This document shows positions 51,701 to 64,000 of a DNA stretch of 64,000 bases, one piece after another. The notes under the pieces are model-generated. The model was not told the DNA's origin. It made no database searches and saw nothing but the letters and a program-made list of their open reading frames with translations. The stretch spans positions 75,516,001-75,580,000 of the forward strand of contig NC_043008.1 in NCBI RefSeq assembly GCF_006345805.1, read 5' to 3'. The stretch's first letter is position 1; each line of letters opens with the position of its first letter. Made by a program: the position numbers and the translations under genes. Source of the DNA: Octopus sinensis. Its lineage: Eukaryota.

Positions 51701-51792
<92 letters not shown>

Positions 51793-51793
51793 G

Positions 51794-51837
<44 letters not shown>

Positions 51838-51848
51838 TCATCATCATC

Positions 51849-51910
<62 letters not shown>

Positions 51911-51917
51911 GTCATCA

Positions 51918-51963
<46 letters not shown>

Positions 51964-51972
51964 CATTATTAT
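51700..51972. repeat. Compound (ATT)/(ATC) microsatellite (tail of the Dong-A copy)
   Basis: Direct reading. Confidence 0.95.
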
Positions 51973-53782
51973 TCAGTAGTTTTATTTTTTTAGCGTGCTT
52001 TCACTTCACTACCGAGCGCAGCTCTGTGTGCCTTGGGTATGTGCTGTGATTTGTTGTGATGCTCTGATGGTTATTGTATGGAAAGTGTTCTGCGTAGGAT
52101 GTGTGCAGTGCCTAGTAGTGCAATTTTCTGTATGTTATATGTGTTTGTAAGTCCTGGTGTTTTTGTTACGTATTTGTCTGAATATTTTTTTATCATGCCT
52201 ATGCACCTACTATGATAGGAATTGTTTCTGTTTTCAGGTTCCACATTCTAGTTACCTCTATTTCCAGGTCTTTGTATTTTGAGAGTTTCTCCATTTCTTT
52301 TAGAGACACGTTGTCATCTGCCGGTATTGATACATCAATTAGAAAGCATTTTTTTTCTTCATGATCTCTGACAACTATATCTGGTCTGTTGGCCTTAATT
52401 TCTCTATCTGTGTGTATCGGCATATCCCAGAGTATGGTTGCTTTCTCGTTTTCTGTGACCTTTTCTGGTGTGTGCCCATACCATCTTTTTTCTGTTGTTA
52501 TTCCATAATGTTGGCATAGCTTCCAATGTATGTAGGATCCAACTCTGTCATGTCTGTGAATATATTCCTTCTTAGCCAGGACTGGGCTGCTAGAGATAAT
52601 ATGATTTATTGTTTCTTGTCCATCTACACATATTCTGCAGTTACTTGTAATATTTCTTTTCATTACATATTTTTGGTAATTTCTGGTGGGGAGGCTTTGG
52701 TCTTGTGCTGCAATTAAAAATCCCTCTGTTTCTGCTTTGAGTCCTGAGATTCTCAACCATTGCTGGGATTTTTCTTTGTCTATTTCTTTTGCGTTTAGTT
52801 GAATGCAGTATTTACCATGAAGGGGCTTTTCTTGCCATCGTTTTATCATGGCTCGTTGCTGTTCTATTTTTAGTTTGGATTTCATTTGTTTTATAGCTTT
52901 TGTTGTTTCTTCATCATCTTCTTCTTCTTCTTTGTGTTTATTAGGTGGTATGATTTCTTGTTTGTATTTGTCAGCTTCCTTAAATACTGAGAACAGTTTT
53001 TTGTTTTGCTCGTGTTTTGCTGCTATCTGGATCAGTTTTCCTTCCTTCTGAAGTAGATATTTTTGCAGTCCTATGGTGGTTATTTTATAGTAGTTTTCCA
53101 GCTGTATAAGGCCTGTACCACCTTCTATACGTTGTATATATAGTCTTTCTATGTCAGATTTTGGGTGATGCATCCTAGATCCTGTCAGTATTTTTCTTGT
53201 TTTCCTATCTATTTTGGACTGTTCATTGCGTGTCCAGTTAAGGATATTGTAGCTGTAACTTATAACTGGGACAGCTAAAGTGTTGATACCTATTATCTTG
53301 TTTTTAGCATTGAGCTCTGTTTTTAGTATTGATCTAACTCGTCTATAATATTCTTTTTTTTGTTTTCTCTTTCATTTGTGTGTGTTGTGTCTTATCTAGT
53401 TCATGGATTCCTAAGTATTTGTAAGTTTGGCTTTGGTCTAATTCTTTTATTTCATTGGTTTTATCTAGTGTGATGTTGTTACTCTTAACTAATTTTCCTC
53501 TTTTCATGGTTACTTTGGCGCATTTTTCTAATCCAAATTTCATATCTATTTCTTTGGTAAATCCATGAACTGTCTTTAATAGTGTTTCCAGCTGTTTGTC
53601 ATTTGCAGCGTATAGTTTTAGGTCATCCATATATAAAAGGTGGCTGATCGTTTTGCCGTAACATTTATATCCGCATCCAGTTCTATTTAGCATATCAGAT
53701 AGAGGTGACAGTGCCAAGCAGAAAAGGAGTGGAGAGAGCGTGTCTCCCTGGAATATTCCTCTTCTAATGGGGATGTCTTTGG
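51973..53782 (-). mobile_element. R4/Dong-like LINE subfamily A, young 5'-truncated copy
   Basis: ORF 52199-53173 differs from 7358-8191 at only about ten residues by eye; RT piece TKDIPIRRGIFQGDTLSP...YMDDLKLY; (ATT)n on both sides. Confidence 0.95.
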
Positions 53783-53878
53783 TTATTATTATTAGTATTA
53801 TTATTATCATTATTATCATTATTATTGCTATTATTATTATTATTATTATTATTGTTATTATTATTATTATTATTATTA

Positions 53879-53939
<61 letters not shown>

Positions 53940-53954
53940 CATTATTATTATTTA

Positions 53955-55070
53955 GTAGTCTTATTTTTATCACGCGCTACCGATCACAGCTCTGTGTGCC
54001 TTGGGTATGTGCTGTGGTCTGTTGCTCTTATTTTTATGATTCTCGTATTATTACTGTATGGAATGTGTTACACGTAGGATGTTTGCAGTGCCTAGTAATG
54101 TTGTTTTCTGTATGCTACATATACTTGTAAGCTATGGGGTTCTTGTTATGTATTTCTCTGAAAGTTTTTTTTTTCTTTTATCATACGTAATGCGCCTACG
54201 TTGACAGGAATTGTTTCTGTTTTGGGGGTCCACATTCGAGTTACATCTGTTTCCAGATATTTGTATTTTCAAAGTTTCTCCGCTTCTTTTAGAGAAACAT
54301 TGTCATCTGTCGGTATTGATTCATCGATTAGAAAGCATTTTTCTGGGTGAATTCTGACAAGTATATCCGGCCTATGGCTTCAGTTTCTCTATCTGTGTAT
54401 ATTGGCATATCTCAGAGTATAGTTGCTTTCTCATTTTCTGTGACCTTTTCTGGTGTGCGCCCATACCATCTTTTTACTGTTGTCATTCCATTGTGTTGGC
54501 ATAGGTCCCAACTCGGTCGCGTCTGTGAATATATTCCTTCTTAGCCAGGAATGGTCAGCCATAGACAATATGATTTACTGTTTCTTCTCCAACTCTATAT
54601 ATTCTGCAGTTACTTGTATCCCATTTCATGTTTTTGGTAATTTCTTGGGGGAAGGCTTTGATATCGTGTTGCAATTAAAATTCATTCACTGTATGCGTCG
54701 AGTCCTGAGCTTCTCAGCCATTGTTGAGATTTTGCATTGTCTATTTCTATTCTGTTTAGCTTAACCCAATATTTACCATGAAGAGGCTTTTCTTGCCATT
54801 ATTTTATCATGATCCGTTGCTGTTCTAGTTTCTGTTTCGATTTCAATTGTTTTACAACTTTCTTTGTTCTTTCTTTTTCTTCATTGATGTTAAGTACTGT
54901 GACTTGTTTTTGTATTTGTCAGCTCCCTGAAAGACTGAAAACAGTTTTTTGCTCGGGTTTTGTGGCTATTTGTATTAGGTTTTATTGCTTCAGAAGTAGG
55001 TATTTCTGTAGTCCTACAGTGGTTATTTTGAAATAGTTTTCTCGCTATACAAGGCGTGGCCACCATACTG
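53955..55070 (-). mobile_element. R4/Dong-like LINE subfamily A, older decayed copy
   Basis: Homologous to 7400-8558 with many stops; 3' UTR CCCAAGGCACACAGAGCTGTG present. Confidence 0.9.
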
Positions 55071-55329
55071 TGAAATAACGGAAATTTCGAGTGATCTACG
55101 TCAATCGAAAAACTGTTTGTAATCTTTTGGCTTTTTAGATTCCCGTATTCTCATTTTTATTCTGAGATTGTGGATTGCGCAGATAGTATTCTTGTGTAGA
55201 AACATCCCCTGTTCTGCAGGGGGTATTCATCAATAATTTTGGAATTTTAACTATTTTCGGCAACAGCAAATATTTTGCAATATTCTTTAATCATTTAAAG
55301 ATGGCTGATAAAGAAGCCATCATAATGTT

Positions 55330-58272
55330 CGACAAAGGAACGCACTCCTTGTCGGTAAAAAACTGAGAGTAAGAAAAATAGAGAATAAGAACATCAAATG
55401 GTCTAAACTTAATGACTTCCCCTAGGCGAATAATGTTTCTCACTAAGCAATGCTAAAACCTTCGTTTTCAACATCGAGAAGAACAACAGCAACAGCAGCA
55501 GCAACAGTGACAACAACAACTACTATAGCAGCGGCAACGACAATACGAAAGAAATAAAACATAAAAAGGCAAATATCACCTCCGTTACTTTTGCGCTTGC
55601 GGCAAGAAATATGGAAAGTTTCCACATTGTTGAAGAAGAATTAAAATTGGCAAGATGAATTGTAAAAAGCGATGGGAGAAGGGTAGCGCTAAACCCGCCA
55701 TCAGACGTCATAGAAAATATCGCAAGATGCACGATAATATACCGTTGCATCAGAGCTAAGTCTCAAAGGGTGGAAAATGTTCCCGAGAACGAAATATAAA
55801 ATAGCCTTGGACGCGTGTGGGAACAAAAGACACACATCACCTGAGAAAAGAAGTTTGGAACTATTGAGGTAAAGTTTGGGACGGAAGAAGAAGCCAGATG
55901 TAATTCCACAACTACTTCGAGGAATGACAACTCCTTCTTTTTCTCCAGCTGTCGTGGCTAATACCTTGTCAAGATTAGGGTGTTGAATGTACCGGCAGAA
56001 ATAACCATTACCTGGATAATGGCGGCCGTCTTTGGCAGGCTTAGAAGATGAAGTTACAATATTGGAGGTCAAAAAACTACCTAAGCAAAATTTGTTAGGT
56101 ATAGGCATGGTGCTGACATTGCAATGCAAGCAGGACCAGCTGCCCAATCTAATCGATCTCCCGGATGGCACTCACCTGTCAGTGTTCGTGGATCTGTAAC
56201 TCTGTTAAAGGCTTCCTACTCTGAAAAAATAAAAAATAAAGTCCCACTGCTGCCAACATTACAAACAGCACCAGCACAAAATTATAAACAAATGCTACAC
56301 CTACGCACGCACCCACTCCCATACCAAGGCAAAGAAGGAGTCTACCCCATGCTGCCACGGAAAAGCAAGTTTCTTCTGACTTTTCTTCCTTCCAAACCAA
56401 TATCAACTGCAATGGCGTGGATACAGAAGAGCTGAACAATCAATGGATCACAGTGACAAAAGGGAGTAGGTGAAAGAGGAGGGGAGTACATTACCCTACT
56501 CCAATAAATCAACAAAAAGTTAATCTGAAACCACAACTGCAACACAATTCACAACAACTCAACAAAAACAGCAAGCTCAAGATCAACAACTTCAAAAGCT
56601 GCAACATAAGCAGCAACATGAAATCACAGGATCACAGAAACAACCAATTACAGAACATCAAAATTATTCATCAGACTGTAGACGAAATGTATCCATCAAT
56701 TTCACTGTTAGGAACAAGTGTAACAAGGAATTGATAGAATTTGTAAGTGAAAACAAAAACAAAATAGACACTGAGGGAAAAGAATTTGAGAGTTTCATCC
56801 TCAAAACCTCCCTTTAATTAAAACGTCCTCAGACTTTTATAAAACTAAGAGAAAAATTCCCAAGTAGTGTGGGGATTTTAAAAGAATCTGTTGGTAAAAG
56901 GCTGTTGAAAGGGCCTTTTTAAAAATTTTGGCAGTAGAAATCCCCGGAACCTCCGGGTTTCTAGAAAATCAAGGTGAGTAACCTCCTAATTTTTTCTCCT
57001 ACTCGAATGGCTGTGTTTAGAATGGGGTGCGTGAATGTGCGTGGCATGGAATCAGCTTGGAAGCAAGGTCATTTGCTCAATGATCTCAAGTCACTTGATT
57101 TGGATGTGGCTGCCATTAGTGAAACAAAGATCTCCGGAAAACACGCTCTAGCATCCATTCTAGGAGACTACGAGGTATTCTCATCTTGTGGTATATTGAC
57201 AGCGAGCTGGTAGAAACGTTAGCACGCCGGGCGAAATGCTTAGGGGTATTGCGTCTACGTTACGTTCTGAGTTCAAATCCTGTCAAGGTCGACTTTGCCT
57301 TTCATCCTTTCGGGGGTCGATTAAATAAGTACAGTTACGCACTGGGGTCGATGTAATCGACTTAATACCTATGTCTGTCCTTGTTTGCCCCCTCTGTGTT
57401 TAGCCCCTTGTGGGTAATAAAGAAATAGGTATATTGACAGCGGGTAGCGGTGTAGTAGTGCTACTTCGGAAATCCTTGGATCTCCAGGTACGGGCTATCT
57501 TCCTGGACCCGGATGGTAGGTTGGTGGTACTGGACGTGAATGGCTGCGAAGGTAGCTCCTTTAGACTAGTGGCGATTTATGCCCCAACAGGGGCTGGAAG
57601 GCCAGATTTCTTCAGGCGTCTAGAAACAGTCTTGGGAACGTGTAGCGCATTAGTGAGGGATTGGAATAGTCTTTTTGAAGCACGGAAGGAATGTATTGGC
57701 TTAGTACATAGTAGAAAAGTTTGTAAAAGCCTCAGAAATCTGCTCAGAACTTACCAGCCTTTTAACTGCTACCGACTGGATTTCCCTGATGTGTCTGTGT
57801 GAACATGGAGCAACCACAGCGGATCATCCAGATCGTATTTAGACAGAGTATTTGTTAGGTCAGAGGATAGGCATAGCATAAGTTGTTCACAATTTAAATT
57901 GGTCGGCTACACATATCACAATTCTGTGATATGTTCATTCGATTTAGATAGGACCCGTTGAGAGGTACCCGGTTACTGGCAGTTGAATGCATCCTTACCG
58001 GCACGCAAAGACTACAGGGACTGGATCAACGAACTAGTAAAGCGATTTATGGCCCAACAGGGGCTGGAGAGCCAGATTTCTTCAGGCGTTTAGAAGCATT
58101 CTTGGGAACTTCTTACACTTTAGTACTAGTAGGTGACTGCAATAGTATGTTGGACGCACGAAAGTGGGTTTAGTACATAGTATAAAAAAGGTGTAAAAGC
58201 CTTGAAAACCTGTTTAAGACTTTCCGGCTTTCTGACAGGTACTGACTGGATTTCCCTGATGTGTTAGTGTGA
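55330..58272 (+). mobile_element. L1/Tx1-type LINE 5' portion (ORF1 remnants + APE endonuclease), interrupted by a SINE
   Basis: RMGCVNVRGM, DVAAISETK, DPDGRLVVLDV, FRLVAIYAP, DWNS and PGYW motifs; upstream ORF1-like decayed frames; RT not present. Confidence 0.85.
57205..57427 (+). mobile_element. SINE family 1 (alternative 3' tail) with 15-bp target-site duplication
   Basis: GGTATATTGACAGCG at 57190-57204 and 57428-57442. Confidence 0.95.
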
Positions 58273-59194
58273 CCGATATTACCGATCATTCCACAGTGTT
58301 GGTAAATGGATAGAAAAAAAACCCAGTCAAATACCAGAGTCGATTCTTTTGTTCTTGTTAGTCATTTACAGATAGCTGGCCTTGTGCCAATATGGTAAAT
58401 CATTTATATGTATTAATTCAGACAGGAATTTCTATTTTATTGTGGATTCGTTCACTTTAGATACAAAATTAAATCTTTTAGATTGACAGATTTGTAAGTA
58501 GGGATTTTATTAAATATATACTTTCGACCGATTTGGTCTACTTTATGTAGCAAGCATTTAAGTAGAAAATGTATAATAAATGACTAAATTAAACCTATAT
58601 CTATTGAAAGCTGTAATCCGATTTTATCATTTTGAATATATATGATGATATAAATATTGGAATTATATGTCGATAGAAATGTTATATTTATAGATCGATA
58701 GCAAGGGAATAGCTTTGAAGATTATATTGAATTAAGTTTGCAATCTGATAGAAATTAGACAAATCCACGAAGATCTCATATAGATTATAGCAGATGATAC
58801 TATCACCAAAATATATTAAGTGAGACGTCAGGATGAGTAAGGTTTCAAGATATAAATTATAATAAAAGTGATTAAGATATATAAGCGATGCTTAGGGAAA
58901 TATTCAGACATCAAATTATCCATCAGCAACGATTTGATTAGTAAATAGTACATCTAAAAGTTGTCAGACTTTTTTTACATTTCCTCTTTCATTTTGAGAA
59001 AGGTTGTCATGATGTAGTACACATTTTGCGAGTCGATATTTGGAAACAATTTCAACTTTAACAACTTTCTTTACGGCTCTAATGGTCACCTGAAAAGTAC
59101 TCACATTAGATCATCTGGTTGAAGTGTATATGAATATACACTTAATATAATAAAAATAGATGCAACAACAATAATAATAATAACAATCATAATG

Positions 59195-59413
59195 ATAATC
59201 CTTTCTACTGGAGACGCAATGCCTGAAATTTGGGGTGAGGGGACTAGTCGCTTACATCGTCCCAAGTACACAACTGGTACTTAATTTATTGACCCTGAAA
59301 GGATGAAAGGCAAAGTCGACCTCGGCAGGATTTGAACTCGGAATGTAGTGGCCGACGAAATACCGCTAAGCGTTTCGTCCAGCGTGCTAACGATTCTGCC
59401 AGCTCGTCACCTT
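59195..59413 (-). mobile_element. SINE family 1
   Basis: Full body; sense tail AGTAGAAAGGATTAT. Confidence 0.9.
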
Positions 59414-59424
59414 CATAATAATAA

Positions 59425-59636
59425 TGATCCTTTCTACTAAAGGCACAAGGCCTGAAATTTAGGGGAATGGGGCTAGTCGATTACATCGACTCCAGTGTTT
59501 CACTGGTATTTAATTTATCAACCCTGAAAGGATGAAAGGCAAAGTCGACCTCAGCAGAATTTGAACTCAGACTATAAGGACGGACGAAATGCCGCGAAGC
59601 ATTTCGCCCGGCGTGTTAACGTTTCTGCTAGCTCAC
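59425..59636 (-). mobile_element. SINE family 1 (tandem with the previous copy)
   Basis: Full body; separated from the previous copy by a short AAT run. Confidence 0.9.
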
Positions 59637-59689
59637 CATATTAGCAACAGCAGCAGCAACAACAACAACAATAACAACGTGGGATTCTT

Positions 59690-61360
59690 TAGACAATCAT
59701 GTTTCTGGAACAGCTTCGTCGCACTGCACCCCTTTTTGATCGAGTAAGAAATGTGGAGATCTCAAAATCACCCAAAGTGTGTTATCTAAACTTTTGGTCG
59801 CGCTGACGGCTATCACAACCGAATCCAGTGAACTCAGTTAATTTACTATGCGTTTGTGCTCCTAGGCTGACACTGGGTTACGTGCATGTAGGCTATCCAG
59901 TGTTAATATCATTATGTTGGTTGAAAAGTAAAGAGAAGAAAAGGAAACGCATTACCTACCAATGTGGTGGCTTCAGAGACCGGTACTCGGTCTCCATGAA
60001 GTTTTGGTTTTCCTTGAGGAGCCTACAACTTGTATTAATTGCTGACTTACCATGACCTCGAAAAAAATTCTCTCTCAATAAATTAATGTCTCCAAGTCCA
60101 AACTTATTATTTTCAAGTTATGTGGCACTTTAAAAGTCCAAGACCTGAAAACCTTTTCTTCTGCTTCTATGTTCTCCATCGTTTTTGATTTTGTTTGAAT
60201 TTCTCATTAGTGCAAAGTGTGCGGTTAGCGCAAATTGTTTGTACTTCTTGGTACAATATGTATTTCGTTGGTATTTTTGTGTATGTGTGCCTGTCAATGT
60301 TGTTTCAATGTGTATTTGCTCTGTGTTGAAGTTGAGGTTGAGGTTGTCCTTTGTGGTAGTGCTTTAGTTGTTTTTGCGGTTTATGTCTGTTTAGTGAAGC
60401 TGTGGTTCTGATTCAGCTGCTGCGATTGTGTGATGCTTTTCTTGCGTTATCCTTTTGATTTGTAAGGTTTTACTTGCTTGCATCAAGATACTTTCTCGTC
60501 GGAATAATCTGATGAGGACGGGGGTAGTGAAAGAGGTATGTTTCAGCATATGTTTATGTATGTGTGTGTTTGAAAGAGGATGGGAAGGAGAGGGAGTAGC
60601 ATCTGGAGACTTGGGCCGAATACTTTTCTTAGTTCCTGGTTTTTGTTGTGTATCTTGTAGCTGATGCTGGTCTTGCTATTGCTAGTGTTATTTGTGTTGC
60701 TACTAATGCTGTTGTTCTCGTTTCTATTGCTTCTTTTCTCCTTCCTACTACTCGTATATGCCGCCGTAAAAAGTGAGATTGTGGTGTCGTCAGTAGTGGT
60801 GAGGAGTTCCTATCACCTGTTTATTCATTTTTTTTTGCTGAGGTCAGAAAATTTTGAAGTAGCCTTTTGCACCGCATAAGCGACTCTGTTGGGCAAGTGA
60901 ATTAGGCCTGAGATCTATTTCACCTACTCTGGTTTGATCTGGTGGAGAATGTCTGCTGTAGTTCCAGACCAAAACAACCTCTACTCTCGCTTCAATTCCG
61001 GTAGGGTTTCATTGACGTCCAGAGTGACACACGATAACAACTACAATGCGCTAAGTATAAGTAGAACTCTTTCTATCTTAACGTGATAGGGTCTTTTCTC
61101 TAAATAGGTTGCGTAGAATATGAAATTCCTTTCATGCATGGACTCTATGGGGGACTTTAGCGCGAGAGCTTCGATCGTGAAGAGGACATCCATAATCCCA
61201 AACTGTCTCACTTTCGACACAAAATCTATGTCCGCCAATATATATTTCAGGATATTTTCCATCTGGGACTCTGTCACCAACACATTGCGATAACAGATCT
61301 GGTACTTGCTGCCTAGATCTCACCTGGAACAGCAACTTTTGCTCTCCCTGCATTTAATTT
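59690..61360 (-). mobile_element. L1/Tx1-type LINE 5' portion (ORF1 and start of ORF2), decayed
   Basis: ORF1-like VRQFGIMDVLF...HVKIERV, degenerate zinc knuckle RLCGAKGYFKIF*P (~60845-60885) and APE-start-like LDSVVIAVSATK. Confidence 0.6.
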
Positions 61361-62034
61361 CGCAAGCTGTTTAGCCTCTGAGTTTTGTTTCTTTATCACT
61401 TTAATGAGTGTTTAGAAATTTGCGTTGATTTTGCTGCCATTCCAGCAATGGAGTATCTGCTCCATAAATTTCTCTCTATTCTTCATTATTCTTGTTAATG
61501 TTGTAGTTTGCCGCTGTTATTACCACCGTTGTTACTGCTGGCGTTGTTACTGATGCTGTTGTTGTCACTGCTGTTTTCGCTGCTGCTATTGCTGCTGGGG
61601 TGTTTGTGTTATTGTAGCTTCTGGTGTTATGTTTTATTAGTTGTTCTTGCTGCTGCTGCATTTTTCCACCGGTGTGTGAGGTGGACTTTGAAATGTAATC
61701 ATAGTATTTTTCGCCTCCTCTCCACAAGTATTGCTGTAATTTATTTTTTGCTATTGTTGCTCTTAGCTGCTGTTTTTGTTGTTGTTCTTCTTGTCCTGTC
61801 CCTGCTCTCTAATAAAGCTGTAGCGATGTGAGTCCTTCTTCATACTTCGTCATTACGTTGTCATTAATGCCGCCATAATTTAGAATGAAAAGAAAATTAG
61901 ACAAGTAAAATTACAATTACAGTTCTGCCCTCTTGGGAAAACTTGGTGAATGCTCTCATCATCAATGCAAAACAGGTATTCTTAATGTTTCCCACAAAAA
62001 GTACTACTAATCATTCAGAGCGAAATAAACTCGA

Positions 62035-62111
62035 TACTGATGATAATGATAATGATAATGATGATGCTGACGACGACGACGATGACGACGATGGTGATGA
62101 TGATGATGAAG

Positions 62112-62197
<86 letters not shown>

Positions 62198-62198
62198 C

Positions 62199-62243
<45 letters not shown>
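62035..62243. repeat. Compound (GAT)/(GAC)/(AAT)n-(ATT)n microsatellite
   Basis: Direct reading. Confidence 0.95.
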
Positions 62244-64000
62244 TCGTTTATTGCACACCAGAGTTAACTTATAGGGGACATTACAGTATATGTGGGCAGA
62301 GTGGATTTTACACAAAACAACGAGTGCACAATTGAAACAATAGCAATAATATCAAACAAGAAGAATATAACAATGAATATTACCAAATAGGTGGGGTAAC
62401 CGCCTGGGGTTGGCTAAGGTAGTGCGCTAATCCTGAACCATCCGACGCTTCGAGGGCATCTGGGAAGGGCACCCTTCTTACCCTCGTCTAGTTTAGCTAC
62501 TAATCCCTCCTTTCTATTTTTCTACCGCTAATTCTTTGCTAAACCCTATCGGTATAACTATCTCTTTTTTGAGAGCCACCCACCGCCTGTTCTGCTTCTC
62601 CAAATTGTTAACCCGGTCCCTGTAAGTCTTACATGCCGGAAACGACATGTTTAGCTTTCAGTACCCTGGTTCTAATCTATGCGTCTTTTCTAGGTCGACC
62701 GCAAAGATTACAAACTTATGATCTTAATAAGCGACTGTTTTAAAAAGCGGAGATGCTACACTATTTCTATTTTCCTAGTGAAAATTATATCTCTATACGA
62801 TCTAGATGACCCTAAGCGGTACACACTGGCGCATTAGGAAAATCTCGTCACTATCTGTCAGACAATTGGAAATGGCTGATCGGGTGCTTGAGGCTTTTGC
62901 ACCTTATTCTTCTATCAGCTATTCCCACACAATCTCAGCGTTGGTGTAAGATTCCACTCCAGTCTCCCACTAACAGTAAAGGGCGTGAAGTACCTAGAAA
63001 GGATTCCAGACGCCTAAATAAATCCGGCCGTTTGGCTTCGGTAGGCGAGAAGATGATCACCAGTCTAAAGACACCACCTTCACTATTGGTCGAGTTTAGG
63101 AGCACCAAATTCCCATCCAGGTCCCGGAAGATCGACCTTACATCAAAATCCAGTTCTTTTTCAAAACATCACTGCCGCTCCACCTTCTTTTCCTGGCCGA
63201 CTCACAAATGCAAAGATATGATAATCGTCGAAAATGGGGGTCACTGGGCATGTATTGGAAATCCTGGACTCGCTGACAGCAATTGCATCCAATTCTAAAT
63301 ACATGAAGTAGTTGAGCAGGCGCCCTTGCTTCCAGAGTGATCACAGACCGCGAACAATTAAAATTTCTACTCTTAATATGAACATGTTGGCAAGCGAAAG
63401 GAAGAAGGGAAAGGTTTACTTAGCTCCCGGTGTCCTGTGATGGTCGGGTGGTTATTGGGGAACGATACCCCTTTAAAAGTTTCGATGTGAGTCTCACATT
63501 CACGGGTTCCACGTCCCCAGGAAAAGATCTCTCAAATTTTTGTGTAGGAATCTTCTGGTACACGAAATGTGCCTGGTTCGAAAATCGGTACCCTTGCTTC
63601 AAATTCAACCATCAATTCCCCCTTGTCCTTTCTGATGAGTACGAGGTTGGGTGTTTTGCATTGGCGGTGTTTAATTTGCTTGTTTGACTGTAGTGGTGAT
63701 AGTCTCGTTGTTGCTTCTGTCGTGTCTGTGTGTGCTGTGAGTATGGTGTATGCAGTTTTAGATGAGTTTTTTTTGTGAGTGTTTGTTTTTGTGTCAGTTT
63801 ATGTAGTTTGCGTTTGGGGGATTCCAGTGATAGTTATAGTGCTGGCGTTGGTGCTTTTGGGGAGATGTTTATAGTGGATAGTGTTCGTATCTTTTATTGT
63901 GGGTGTTGTTATGATTAGAGTGTTTATCTTTTGTGCTTTCATTTTTGTTTTTTAGGCATTTTTGTTTTCCTTCATCTTCACTACAGGAATATGAGGAGTC
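62244..64000 (-). mobile_element. L1/Tx1-type LINE, internally deleted (ORF1 end + APE + 3' end)
   Basis: IFLDLDGNLVLL...GVFRLVIIFSPT...RRLESFLGTSRPLLLVGDW, FQLSDR, GSSRSY and EPGY*KL, all homologous to the other Tx1-like copies; AATAAA at 62247-62252 before the (AAT)n tail. Confidence 0.8.

Noticed and set aside
58930-59120. Small mariner-like fragment
   Set aside because: Only weak hints (AAAAGTT end, LHHDN-like codons); too short to support.
60505-60540. CTGATGA...GAAA
   Set aside because: Stems II and III do not pair; it lies within an L1 ORF1 relic.

Overview
AT-rich, microsatellite-dense animal DNA with no host protein-coding exon that I can support. The tRNA-derived SINE families, simple-repeat load and TE mix look like an octopod (coleoid cephalopod) intergenic or intronic region; this assignment is inference. 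Nearly all recognisable sequence is transposon-derived. (i) About 13 copies or fragments of R4/Dong-type non-LTR retrotransposons (RT + CCHC + restriction-like endonuclease), from several subfamilies, sit in five co-oriented trains separated by (AAT)n. One is a near-full-length ~3.9 kb copy, and two are young, near-identical 1.8 kb copies. (ii) Five decayed L1/Tx1-type LINEs. (iii) Penelope-like GIY-YIG fragments. (iv) Tc1/mariner relics (two DD37D/maT, one mariner, one Tc1). (v) Three SINE families. The most interesting signals are three type I hammerhead ribozyme folds (one inside a 338-bp element with 37-bp terminal inverted repeats), a covarying stem-loop shared by the 3' UTRs of divergent Dong subfamilies, a non-coding (AAT)-tailed ~500-bp element inside a Dong train, and a near-perfect 233-bp fold-back palindrome. 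All alignments and folds were done by eye, and boundaries of decayed elements are approximate.
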